Assembly (NCBI RefSeq): GCF_902713615.1 | Contig: NW_024055457.1 | Span: 62,001-126,000, forward strand | Origin: Scyliorhinus canicula | Lineage: Eukaryota | DNA: 64,000 nt | Direction: 5' to 3' | Part shown: in pieces, positions 10,540-22,631 of the stretch | How positions within the stretch are numbered: position 1 is the first letter of the stretch | How the letters are laid out: every line of letters starts with the position of its first letter | The notes under the pieces: generated by a model | Database searches by the model: none | What the model was told of the DNA's origin: nothing | What the model saw: the letters and a program-made list of their open reading frames with translations, nothing else | Position numbers and translations under genes: made by a program

Positions 10540-13200
10540 CAGCCACGGTCACTAACTCACTCACTCACTCATTCGCCCTCACTCACCTATCTTCACTCAT
10601 TCACTTACCCTCACCTGTCTTCACTCATTCACTTACACTCACTCGCCATCACTCATTGACCTCACGCACCCATCCTCAATGATAAACCTTTCCTTAACCA
10701 CCCTCACACCCACCCTCTCACCCACGGTCACTCACTCATCCTCACTCACCCACCCTCTCTGACACATTCTCAATCACCCACGCTCACTCACGCACCCTCC
10801 TTGACACACCATCACTCACACACACACCCTGACACACACACACTCACCCAACCTCCCTGACACACTCTCACCCACCCACCCTCCCTGACACACTCTCACT
10901 CACCCACTCTCACTCACCAACCCTCTCTGACACACACACATTCACCCACCCTCCCTGACACACTCTCACTTACCCACCCTCCCTGACACACTCTCACTCA
11001 CCCACCCTCCCTGACACGCTCTCACTCACCCTCCCTGACACGCTCTCACTCACCCTCCCTGATACACTCTCACTCACCCATCCTACTTGACATACTCACA
11101 CTCACCCACCCTCCCTGACACACACTCACCCACCCTCCCAGACACCATCTCACTCACCCACCCTCACTGACACACCCACCCTGACACACTCTCACTCACA
11201 CACCCTCACACACCCACCCTGACACACTCTCACTCACCCACCCTCCCTGACACACTCTCACTCACCCACCCACCCTGACACACTCTCATTCATCCACCCT
11301 CACTGACACACACTCACTGACCCATCCTCCCTGACACGCTCTCACTCACCCACCCTCACTCATCCACCCTCACTGACCCACCCACCCTGACACACTCACT
11401 CACACACCCTCACACACCCTCCCTGCCACTCTCTCATTCATCCACCCTCCCTGACACACTCTCACTCACCCACCCCCCGACACAATCTCAGTCACCCACC
11501 CTCACTGACACACACTCACTGACCCACCCTCCCTGACAGACTCTCACTCACCCATCCTCCCTGACACTCACTCACTCACCCACCCTCACTCACCCACCCT
11601 CACTGACCCATCCAACCTGACACACTCTCACTCACGCACCCTCCCTGACACACTGTCACTCACCCCCCCCCCTCACTCACCCACCCTCACTCACACACTC
11701 TCACTCACACACCCTCCCTGACACACTGTCACTCACCTACCCTCACTCACCCACCCTCAGTCACACACCCACCCTGACACACTGTCACTCACCCACACTC
11801 ATTCACCCGCCCTCACTCACCCACCCTCACTCACACACCCTCACTCACACACCCACCCTGACACACTGTCACTCACCCACCCTCATTCACCCGCCCTCAC
11901 TCACCCACCCTCACTCACACACCCTCACTCACACACCCACCCTGACACACTGTCACTCACCCACACTCATTCACCCGCCCTCACTCACCCACCCTCACTC
12001 ACACACCCTCACTCACACACCCACCCTGACACACTGTCACTCACCCACCCTCATTCACCCGCCCTCACTCACACACCCTCCCTGACACACTTTCACCCAC
12101 CCACCCTCCCTGACAGACACTCACTCACCCACCCTCCCTGACACACTCTCACTGACCCATCCGCCCTGACACACTCTCACTCACCCACCCTCCTTGACAC
12201 ACACTAACGCACCCATCCTGACACACTCTCACTCACACGCCCTCACACACACACACTCACCCATCCGCATTCAATATCACTCACTCACCCTCCTTGACTC
12301 GTTCTTACATGCCCAACCTAACTCGTAACCCTCAATCACACACCCTCACCCACTCCCACTCGCTCACCTACCCCTATTCACTCACCCACCCTCACGCATT
12401 CCCACATACCCTCATTCAGTAACCCACCCTCACTTACACATTCTCGCTCCCCTTCACTCAAATACCATCACCCACCCTAATTCGGCCACACTCACTCCCT
12501 CACCCTCCCACCCACCATCGCACTCTAATCCTCCCTCACTCACCCAGCCTCACCTATTCATCCTCACTTACAAAGACTGGCACCCATCCTCTTTCACACG
12601 CCTTCACTCACAGATCCTCACTCACACACCCTCACTCATCCACATTCCCTCATACACCCTTATTCAGCCACCCTCACCAGACGCACCTACCCTCTGTCAC
12701 CCACTACCACTCACTCTCATTTACTCCCTCACCCTCACTCACTCTTACTCACCCACATTCACTCATTCACGCACGCTAATTCACCCTCACTCACACACCC
12801 AAACTCATTCACTCACACACCCTCATCCACCCACATCCATCTCCTCACTCGCCCTCACTCACTCAACCACCATCATACATATACCCTCGCTCACCCACCC
12901 ACACTCATTCTCCGCCACTCACACACCCTGACTCACCCGCCCATCCTCACTGACCGTCACTGACTCTCACTACACAACCTCACTCACCCAGCGTCATTCA
13001 TTCTCTGCGTCTCACTCACTCTCCCTCACCCACCCTGACTCATTCGGCCTCGGTGCCACAGCCTCACCCATTTACCCTCACTCAGTCACTCACCCCTGAT
13101 CTCTCACTTATCAACATTCATACATCCTCAATCACCCAACTCACTCACCCACACTCATTCCCCTACCCTCACTCGGTTACTCACTCATCCTTTCTCACGC
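10540..13200. repeat. C/A-rich degenerate minisatellite (CACCCACCCTCCCTGACACACTCTCACT-like)
   Basis: ~2.6 kb almost devoid of G on the + strand. Confidence 0.92.
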
Positions 13201-13262
13201 ATGCTCAGGAGCGAGAACTGAAGACAAGTGGCGCTCGAAATATGGCTGCCTGACACGGGATT

Positions 13263-14525
13263 GCCGGGAGCCGGAGGGAAATGCAGAGAGCCGGAGGAAA
13301 GTGCAGAGAGCCGGGGGAAGGGGCAGAGAGCCGGGGGAAGGGGCAGAGAGCCGGGGGAAGGGGCAGAGAGCCGGGGGGAGGAGTAGAGAGCCGGGGGGAG
13401 GGACAGAGAGCCGGGGGAAGGGGCAGAGAGCCGGGTGAAGGGGCAGAGAGTCGGGGGGAAGTGCTGAGAGCCGGAGGAAAGTGTAGAGAGCCGGGGGAAA
13501 GCGCAGAGAGCCGGAGGATAGTGTAGACAGGGGGAGGAAAGTGTAGAGAGCCGGGGGATGGTGCAGAGAGCCGGGGGAAGACGCAGAGAGCCGGGGGAAG
13601 GGGCAGAGAGCCAGGAGAAGGCACAGAGAGCCGGGGAAAGTGTAGAGATCCCGGGGAAGGGGCAGAGAGCTGGAGGAAAGTGCTGAGAGCCGGGGGATGG
13701 TGCAGAGAGCCGGGGGAAGGCGCAGAGAGCCGTGGGAAGGGGCAGAGAGCCAGGGGAAGGGGCAGAGAGCCGGGGGAAGGGGCAGAGAGCCGGGGGAAAG
13801 AGCAGGGAGCCGGGGGAAGGAGCAGAGAGCCAGGGGAAGTGCAGAGAGCCGGGGCAAGGGACAGAGAGCCAGGGGAAGTGCAGAGAGCGTGGGGAATGAG
13901 CAGGGAACCGGGGGAAGTGCAGGAAGCCGGGAACGGTGCAGAGCCGGGAGAAGTGTAGAGAGCCGGGGTAAGGGACACAGAGCCGGAGGAATGTGCAGAG
14001 AGCCCGGGGATGGTGCAGAGAGCCGGGGGAAGGCGCAGAGAGCCCGGGGAAGGCGCAGAGAGCCGGGGGAAGGGGCAGAGAGCCGGAGGAAGTGCAGAGA
14101 GCCTGGGGAATGAGCAGGGAGCCGGGATAAGTGCAGGGAGACGGGAACGGTGCAGAGCCGGGAGAAGTGTAGAGAACCGGGGGAAGGCGCAGAGAACCGG
14201 TAGAAAGTCCATGGAGTGGGCGATAAGCGATAGGAATCGGGGTAAAGCGCACAATACTAGCGAAGGGCTCAAAGGGCCCCCGGAATGTATCAGGAACCGG
14301 GAAAAGCCCAAAGAACTGGGAAAAGTGCAGCGCACATGGGAAAAACACAATGAGTCGGAAAAAAATGCAAAGTCGAGGGAAAGTGCTGAGAGCCGTGGAA
14401 AAGAGCCGAGAACTGCTAAAAAGTGAAGGGAGCGGGCAAATGGTGCAGAGATCCAGCGGGAACTGCAGAGAAATGGGGGAACGCTCAGAGAGCACGGGGC
14501 GCGGCGGGGGGGGGGGGGGGGGGGG
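13263..14525 (+). repeat. G-rich ~20-bp tandem array (GCAGAGAGCCGGGGGAAGGG)n ending in a G20 run
   Basis: Period 20 is clear at 13321-13440; roughly 55-60 units, degenerating after ~14200; G run at 14506-14525. Confidence 0.95.
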
Positions 14526-14569
14526 ATTGCACACAGCCCGGTCTCAGTGACAGGCGGAGTGTGGAGTTA

Positions 14570-14660
14570 GCAGCACAATCAGCACAGCCAGGATCTTATT
14601 GAATGGGGTAGTCGGCTCGACGGGCAGAATGGCCGACTCCCGCTGTTCATGTTCATGATC
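14570..14660 (+). mobile_element. Short CR1 (HER1-like) 3' tail
   Basis: GATCTTATTGAATGG...GAATGGCCGACTCC matches CR1 tails at ~26510-26570 and ~28585-28650. Confidence 0.65.
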
Positions 14661-14886
14661 CTAAAATTAGAGAATGTTGCGCTTACTCAAATTTAGAGTT
14701 TTGTTGTAATTATATTAATGTGCGTTCCGATGGTATTTTTCAAGCAAAGTCACTATTCTCTGATTTGAGGAGTGGGGGTATTGAGGTGGAGAGAGGAGGG
14801 GGCATCAGTCAGTTTGAACAAAGGGAATTTCCCAAAACTGCAAAGATACAAATGAAGAGACAACTTCTTTATCACAAAGTGCTGTT

Positions 14887-15147
14887 GATTGTGACGTACA
14901 CAGCTCAGTTAGGTGGATTGTGACGTACACAGCTCAGTTAGCTGGATTGTGACGTACACAGCCCAGTTAGCTGGATTGTGACGTACACAGCTCAGTTAGC
15001 TGGATTGTGACGTACACAGCCCAGTTAGCTGGATTGTGACGTACACAGCTCAGTTAGCTGGATTGTGACGTACACAGCCCAGTTAGGTGGATTGTGACGT
15101 ACACAGCTCAGTTAGCTGGATTGTGACGTACACAGCTCAGTTAGCGG
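14887..15147 (+). repeat. 29-bp tandem array, 9 copies (GATTGTGACGTACACAGCTCAGTTAGCTG)
   Basis: Unit starts at 14887, 14916, 14945, 14974, 15003, 15032, 15061, 15090 and 15119. Confidence 0.97.
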
Positions 15148-15330
15148 ACGGCTGGTTCGTGATGAAGATCAATCCCAGCAGCGCGGATTCAATTGCTGCA
15201 CCGGCTGAGGTTATTCATAAAGACCCCCATTCTCAACCTTGCCCCTGGCCTGAGGTGTGGTGACCCTCACGTTAAATCACCAACAGTCGGCTCTCAGAAG
15301 GAGAGAGCAGTCTCCGGGGCTATGGCCTTA
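15132..15330 (+). mobile_element. tRNA-derived SINE (family also at 37985 and, reversed, at 27545)
   Basis: AGCTCAGTTAGCGGACGGCTGGTT head, GGATTCAATT B-box-like motif, body CCTGAGGTGTGGTGACCCTC..GTTAAATCACC shared with 37985-38195. Confidence 0.75.
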
Positions 15331-15644
15331 TTCACATTTTATATTACATGGTGGCTGAAATAATGGGGAAAACGCTCTGCTCCTCTCAATCCAGTGAACG
15401 TTACACCATTCAGATTACATCAAAATGTGTTTCTTTCGATAGAGACGGAGAAAGAAATGTGGGTTTCTAAAGAGGGGGCAAAAAGTAGATGAATCCCAAC
15501 GATAGAACTGATTGAAGATTCAATGTGGATGTATGATGAAATCGGTAAATGTTAGGATAGTACTAGTCAAATTATGAAATGCTTGGTTACTTATAAATCA
15601 CGAATACCAGAGTCTAACATGTTGGATCGGCCATTCTCTCCCAG

Positions 15645-15944
15645 CGACACCGTCTCCGCCCACTCTCTACAGCCTGGTCTCCTCTTGCCAGCAACACAAC
15701 ACCGACGGCTCCGTAACCGTTGGCTGTTTGGCGATGGACTACTCCCCAGAAATCACCAGCCTTACCTGGAGGAAAGATGGGCAGCTGATCACCACTGGAG
15801 TTAAGAAATACCCGTCAGTGAGAAACAAGAAGGGAACCTACACCCTGAGCAGCCAGTTAACCATCACCGAGTCAGAGGGGGGATGCAGCAAAATCAGCTG
15901 TGAGGTTCGACACAGCGGCTCAGACAAGAGTATTGAAATACCAT
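15645..15944 (+). CDS. IGHM: IgM constant exon Cmu1 ([17 protein letters not shown]...SIEIP)
   Basis: Acceptor CTCTCCCAG| at 15644; open phase 1-1 exon with GCLAMDY, TW, YTLSSQL and SCEV; donor T|GTAAG at 15945. Confidence 0.97.
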
Positions 15945-16148
15945 GTAAGTATTGTGGAACCTGTGACAAACAGAACTGCTTTGATTATTTTATTTACAAC
16001 TTTGGTTACTTATGATACATTTATGGTACTCTGCATAGTTCTGATTCTTGGCGAAAAATATTGACTGCAGATAAACAGTTAAAACATAATAAATCGTTTT
16101 ATTTGTTACAAGATCTTCTGCAAGAAATGTTAACTTGTGTTTTTGAAG

Positions 16149-16460
16149 GTGGTGGAAATGACATCCATCCAAATGTTCTCCTCACCGTGAGTTCCAATGA
16201 AGAAATCTCAAGACAGAAATTTGCTACCATCGTCTGTTCAATCAACGATTTCCGTCCAAACTCAATTAACGTGAAGTGGCTGAAGAATGGACAAGCCATG
16301 GGTTCAGGAATTGTCACCTCTCCCGCCTGTGAAGTGAACGGGAACTTCTCGGCGAGCAGTCGGCTGACAGTCTCCGCTGGGGAATGGTTCAGCAAAGCGG
16401 TCTATACCTGCCAGGTCACTCATCAAGGGGTCACCCAAAGTCACAACGTCACCGCGTCTG
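16149..16460 (+). CDS. IGHM: IgM Cmu2 exon
   Basis: Acceptor TTTTGAAG|; C1-set motifs [20 protein letters not shown]; donor G|GTAAG at 16461. Confidence 0.97.
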
Positions 16461-16914
16461 GTAAGAGACACAAACAGAGGAAACAATAAATCATCCTGCA
16501 TTCTGCTGTTAATCCAAATCAGGAATTTACTGAAGTTAGTACAAAGCACAGAACAACTTCTAATTTACTGCCATGTAGTTTGTGTTTCATTCTGATGTAA
16601 GAGCTGCATTAGGGTTGCTCACCATTCAGGATGTTATCAGAACAGCAAAGAATGTTTCCCTCTACTTTTAAATCATTTAATGAGTGAGGTGGATTTGATA
16701 TCAGTTTTATTCCGAAACAGCTGATTATATTTCAGATGCAGTGGGTGTCTTGAATCCTTTATTGTAACAGCTCCGGGGGAAAGTGTTGAAACGTTCATCC
16801 AACCTATTCATAAATTAGCGTTCAAGACTGTGTTCCAGAGATCGGGAATTATGTATCGCATTGGGAATGCTGCAATACTGATTCATTAAAATGATACCGG
16901 GGCTAAACGACTTT

Positions 16915-17240
16915 CACAATAGTGGTTAGCACTGAGGCCTCACAGTGCCTGGGACCCGGTTCAATACTGACGGCGGGTGACTGTGTGGAGTTTACACCTT
17001 CTCCCCGTCTCTGCACGGGTTTCCTCCAGGTGCTTTGATTTCCTCCCACAGGCAAATACGTGCAGGATAGGTGAATTGGTCATGCTGAATTGTCGCTGAA
17101 TGTCCAAAGATTAGGTGGGGTTGTGAGGCTACAGGGATAGGGTTGGGGGGATTGCCCAAGGTAGAGTGCTCTTTCGCGCTCGGTGCAGACTCCATGGGCC
17201 GAATGGTCCTCTTCTGCACTGTAGTGATCTATGATTCTAT
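16915..17240 (+). mobile_element. V-SINE (HE1-like, long tail)
   Basis: AGTGGTTAGCACT head, V-core, tail GGGCCGAATGGTCCTCTTCTGCACTGTAG and TATGATTC end. Confidence 0.85.
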
Positions 17241-17412
17241 AATAGCATTGGCAGAACACGCTGGTTTTCTATTGTATATCGAAGATTAAAGGCGGTCTTC
17301 AGAGGTTGATATTTCGAAGTTGCTTTATTCCCATTTAGAGAGTGAAGGCTGAATCCTGCTGTCCTGATTATGAAGCTGAAACTTGGGTTAATTTTCATGT
17401 TTTCAATCACAG

Positions 17413-17721
17413 ATTCTTCCGTTTGCACTGATGCCTCAGTAACACTACTGCCACCACCAATAGAACAGGTCTTACTGGAGGCGACTGTAACCTTAACCTG
17501 CGTCATTTCGAATGCTCCTTATGGAGTCAACGTGTCCTGGAGTGAAGCGAAGAAGCCGCTGAAATCAGAGATTGCCGACGAGCCTGGGGCAGATACTGAG
17601 AGCGTGCTCAGCAAATTAAACATCTCGACACAAGCCTGGCTGAGTGGGGCTGTGTTTGACTGTGTGGCGAGCCATCAGGACCTGCCAACTCCTTTAAGAA
17701 TTTCAATCCACAAAAAAATAG
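17413..17721 (+). CDS. IGHM: IgM Cmu3 exon
   Basis: Acceptor TCACAG|; [21 protein letters not shown]; donor G|GTGAG at 17722. Confidence 0.97.
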
Positions 17722-17934
17722 GTGAGCGGTGAGACTGAAGCAATAATTGAGCCATTGTGTCGATTTCCAGTGTCAGAGCCCTGGTCAGTATTTAGCATTC
17801 AGTGTATTTATGGTCCGTTCTGATTGGTAATTCCACTAACTAAATACTCTCGGCATTTAGGGTTTCAGGGGGCAAATGATATGTAGATGAATGAACAATG
17901 AATTAAAAGCAGTGATATTGGGTTTAGATGGAGC

Positions 17935-19165
17935 GAGACCATAGACCACAAGACATAGGATCAGATGTAGGCCATTGGGCCCATCAACACCGGTCCAGCC
18001 TTCAGTGAGGTCAAGCCTGATCTGATGTGATAATCTTCAACTCCTCTTTCCCGCCTTATCCTCATATCTCTTGAGGCCTTTACTGATTTAAAATATGTCT
18101 CTCTCAACCTTGAACATACTGAACAACCCAGACTCTACAGGCCCCTGCGTTAAATAATTCCACAGCTTCGCTACCATCTGAGAGAGGAAATTCCTTCACA
18201 TTTCTGTCTTAAATGGGCAAACCCTTATTTTGTGATCCTGCACGCTGCTCCGAGATGCTCCCACAGGGGAAAACAACCTCTCAGCGTCTATCATAAGAAG
18301 CTCCCTGAGAACCTTTCATGTCTCACTTAGGTCGCATTCATTCTTCTAAACTCCAATAAGTACAGCCCAGCCGACTTAACCTCTCCCCATAAGAAAATCC
18401 CTCCATACTCGGGATCAGCCTCGTGATCCTTCTCTGGACTGCCTTCAAAACCAATCTGTCTTCCTTAGGTAAGGGCACCAAAACTATTCAAACTGTATCA
18501 GGTGTAGACTAACTAATGCCTTGTATAGTTTTAGCCAGACTTCCCCATGTTTATATTCTATTCCCTTTTAAATAAATGTCAACATTCAATTTGTCTCCAT
18601 ATTACCTGCAGAACTTGATTTGTGTGGTTTCAGCACGAGGACCCCCAATTCACCCGTTACTTCAGCTTCCTGCAGTCTTTCTCCATCTAAATAATATTCC
18701 GTTATGTTCTTCCTCCTCCCAAAGTGGCTAACCTCACATTTTCCTACATTAGGTTCCATCTGCCAAGTTTTTACTCAGTAACTTAAGCTGTCTCTGTCAC
18801 TCTCTAGATTTTCTGTAACCTCACCACTTGCCTTTATATTTTTGTCATCTGCAGCCGTGGGAATAGTACATTCATTTATTAAACACAGTTTTGAAATTTA
18901 TGTATATTACATCTACTGCCCCCCCCCTTCTCTAGCTTTCTCCTTATCACCTCAAATAAGGGCAATAAATTTGTCAGGCATGATTTCCCCTTCACGAAGC
19001 CGTGCTGACTCTGCTGATTATATTGTGTATTTCTAAATGCTCAGCTATTGGATCCGTTATAATGGACTCAAACCGTTTCCCACTGACAGATGTTAAGGTC
19101 CCTGGCCTATAGTTACCTGTTTTTGACAACCTCCCTTTTGAATAAGGGTGTTACATGGGCAGTTT
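17935..19165 (-). mobile_element. CR1 (HER1-like) LINE 3' fragment
   Basis: Reverse complement of the CR1 tail at 17935-18010, followed by decayed RT sequence. Confidence 0.75.
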
Positions 19166-19474
19166 TCCAATCCTCTTGGGGTAAGGTGGGAGGAGCCTGA
19201 CGTGGAGTTTAGACACCAGCACAGAACAGTTGGGCCGAATGGCCTGTTTCCCTGCTGTACATTTTCTGAAACTTTCGAATCCATAATCCGTAAATCCTCA
19301 GGGAAAAGGATTGTGCCCACCTCTGCTCCGAGCTGGGAAACCGGACAGATCCCAAAGTGGAAAATGGAAACCTTTAAAATCCAACACAAAACACATTTCT
19401 CTCACATCTAACCCGCGGTTCCATTGTCTCCGGAATTCCCCATTTTATTGACATTTATTGTACATTTTCTGCAG

Positions 19475-19866
19475 ATCCCAATCCGCGGGAACCGTCCGTC
19501 TCTGTCCTCCTGCCCTCGGCTGAAGACGTCTCCGCTCAGAGATTCGTCTCCCTCAGCTGCTTAGTGAGAGGTTTCTCCCCCCGAGAGATCTTCGTCAAGT
19601 GGACCGTCAATGACAAGCCGGTGAATCCCGGGAACTACAAGAACACCGAGGTGATGGCGGAGAACGGCAATAGCTCCTTCTTCATGTACAGCCTGTTATC
19701 CATTGCAGCGGAGGAGTGGGCCAGCGGCGCTTCTTACTCCTGTGTGGTGGGACATGAAGCCATCCCCTTGAAGATCATCAACAGAACGGTTGATAAATCC
19801 AGCGGTAAACCCAGTTTTGTCAACATTTCCCTCGCTCTGATGGACACCGTTAATTCATGTCAATGA
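19475..19866 (+). CDS. IGHM: IgM Cmu4 exon plus secretory tailpiece ([20 protein letters not shown])
   Basis: Acceptor TTCTGCAG|; [21 protein letters not shown]; internal membrane-form donor AGCG|GTAAA at 19804/19805; tailpiece NIS sequon and penultimate Cys; stop TGA at 19864-19866. Confidence 0.98.
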
Positions 19867-19893
19867 GAATCTATTGGTTATATTTCGAACTAA

Positions 19894-19908
19894 AATAAAA
19901 ATAATAAA
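19894..19908 (+). terminator. Secretory-form poly(A) signals
   Basis: AATAAA at 19894-19899 and 19903-19908, ~30 nt after the stop. Confidence 0.8.
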
Positions 19909-19983
19909 AACGTTTCCTCCAATTGTGATTTAAACATACAGCCGCTTGATTAATGGTGTTTCCACTTTACTGATGTTAGATCT

Positions 19984-20157
19984 GAAAATGAAATGAAAAT
20001 CACTTATTGTCACAAGTAGGCTTCAGTCAAGTTATTGTGAAAAGCCCCTCAGCGCCACATTCCGGCACCTGTTCGGGGAGGCTGGTACGGGAATTGAACC
20101 GTGCTGCTGGCCTGTCTTGGTCTGCTTTAAAATCCAGCGATTTTAAACCAGTCTCTG
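19984..20157 (-). mobile_element. Short tRNA-like SINE (family also at 21346, 45249, 55948 and 61671)
   Basis: Reverse complement of the 61671-61850 element with (TTTCA)n tail. Confidence 0.85.
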
Positions 20158-20505
20158 GTCAATGAGACCCGGATTTCTGCAGGTCTCAGCCCCAAGTCTG
20201 ATACAACCAGAGCTCTCAGCTCAGAAACACCCTGGGCTAGAGACAGAGTAAAACTCATTCATTCCAGGATTCAGCAAAATATCTTCATTGACTTTCCTCC
20301 AGATGAGGAGAAATCGGACAATTTCCCATTTCAGACAAACAAACCCATCACATTTAGATCTCGGTGTTCCTGCTTCTCTCATTGTCCATCCCTTTAAAAT
20401 TAATGTCAGCTTTAAGTTGCTGCATGAGACCCACTGGGAACTGATTTGAGGGTCACACAGAAACATGGACCAACAATCTCCAGTCAAAGAGGGGAAAGTG
20501 AAATT

Positions 20506-21340
20506 GTTAATCCACTGTACCCCCACCTCCCCAACAGAGAGAGCGGGAGGGGTATTAGTTATTCCACTGTCTCCCCACCCACCCACCCACCCACCTCCCA
20601 CACAGCGAGAGGGGGAAGGGCATTAGTTAATCCACTGTACCCCCACTTCCCCAATAGAGGGAGGGGGAGGGGTATTAGTTAATCCACTGTACCCCCACTT
20701 CCCCAATAGAGAGAGGGTCTTTAGTTAATTCACTGTACCCCCAATTCGCCAACAAAGAGAGGAGAGGGGGGCATTAGTTAATCCACTGTACCCCACCTCA
20801 CCAACAGAGAGAGTGGGAGGGGCTTTAGTTGATACACTGTACCCCCAATTCACCAACAAAGAGAGGGGCATTAGTTAATCCATTGTCTCCCCACGTCCCC
20901 AACAAAGAGAGGGGTTGGGGCATTACTTAACACACTGTACCCCCACTTCCCCAGCAAAGCGAGGGGAGGAGCATTAGTTAACACACTGTGCCCCCACTTC
21001 CCCAGCAAAGCGAGGGGAGGAGCATTAGTTAACACATTTTGCCCCCACTTCCCCAACAAAGAGACGGTGGTGGGCTGAGTTAATCCACTGTACATCCGCT
21101 TCCAACAATGAGGGGGGGGGGGTGTACATTAGTTAATCCACTGTACATCCGCTTCCAACAATGAGGGGGGGGGTGTACATTAGTTAATCCACTGTACATC
21201 CGCTCCCAACAATGAGGGGGGGGGGGGCTGTAGATTAGTTAATCCACTGGACACCCGCTTCCAACAATGAGTGGAAGGACATTATTTAATGCACTGCCTC
21301 CCCACTTCCCCAACAAAGAGAGCAAAGGGGCAATACTAAC
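20506..21340. repeat. ~51-bp minisatellite, about 16 copies
   Basis: Recurrent ATTAGTTAATCCACTGTACCCCCACTTCCCCAACAGAGAG.. with diverging sub-blocks. Confidence 0.9.
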
Positions 21341-21345
21341 ACATT

Positions 21346-21548
21346 TGAAATGAAATGAAATGAAATGAAATGAAATGAAAATGGCTTATTGTCACGAGTA
21401 GGCTTCAATGAAGTTACTGTGAAAAGCCCCTAGTCGCCACATTCCGGCGCCTGTCCGGGGAGGCTGGTACGGGAATCGAACCGTGCTGCTGGCCTGCTTG
21501 GTCTGCTTTAAAAGCCAGCGATTTAGCCTTGTGAGCTAAACCAGCCCC
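21346..21548 (-). mobile_element. Short tRNA-like SINE with long (GAAAT)n tail
   Basis: Same family as 61671-61850, nearly full length. Confidence 0.9.
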
Positions 21549-22631
21549 TTTCCTCCACTTTCCCAACCACAAGAGGAGGAAGGTGACTATTGAACTCTCT
21601 GTATCTCCACCTCCAGCAGGGAGAACCCAAAGGCAATTTGCTGAGCTGACCAGAGAGAGGGAGATTATTAACTCAATATCTTCCCAGTCCCCAAGCAGGG
21701 AGTTTGGAAGTAAACGGTTGTCTGGACTAAGAACTCAGTTACTGACATTACAAGACGCCATGTAGTTTACATTATAAAGATGTTCTTAAAATATCTATTT
21801 ATGCAACATAATTTTTTTAGCACCCTTGTCCCTCTTATCCGTATGCTGAGACCGATTCCCCATAATCCAAATCCAGACTGGTGATTGAATTCTCTCTGGG
21901 TTTTCACTGTTCTCTCCCAAGGAGCCTCCTTGTATTTTTGCATTAGGTCACCTGATATCAGCGTGCAACTCACGGAAAACACATTTATATGCAGAAAGTT
22001 CAACATATTCTACATCGGTATCAATAATACCCACAACTGGCAAAGCTACAGGCAGCTGATACAAATACACAGACAGATAAACAGACACAGACACTACACA
22101 CACATGCACACAGACCCAGAAACACATACACGCTCACAAGTAGACACAAACACACACATAGAAACACATGCACAAACATACACCCAGGCACAACGGACCA
22201 CACATATTTTGACACAAAAGCACATGCAAATGTGCACAAAAATTCACAAGCAAGCACGTAAACACAAAAAGCACATGTTTAGAAACACACAGACTCACGT
22301 GCGCATCCACACATACAAACACAATTCCATACGCATAAGTGGGTACACGCATGTACACAGACATATACAACCACATGTCGACACAGATACACAGACATAT
22401 ACAGCCAGACAAGCAGGCTGACAGAAGAATATGAAACAGAAATGTAACCAATAACATGTAAATCAGCAGAATTTCACGATGACAGAAATATTTCCATTCA
22501 AACAGAGACAATAATCCACACTAACGGACACACGTAGATACATATTAGCTGACTCATACACACGCTAATACGAACACATATGAATATACATAGAATCATC
22601 AATACACATCAATAGATAGTTATAATCAAAC

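Noticed and set aside
13185-14534. Pro/Ser/Leu-rich and Gly/Arg/Glu-rich ORFs on both strands
   Set aside because: By-products of the 20-bp G-rich array
10030-15147. 65-bp and 29-bp arrays as CRISPR-like repeats
   Set aside because: Head-to-tail units with no unique spacers, in eukaryotic intron context with no cas genes
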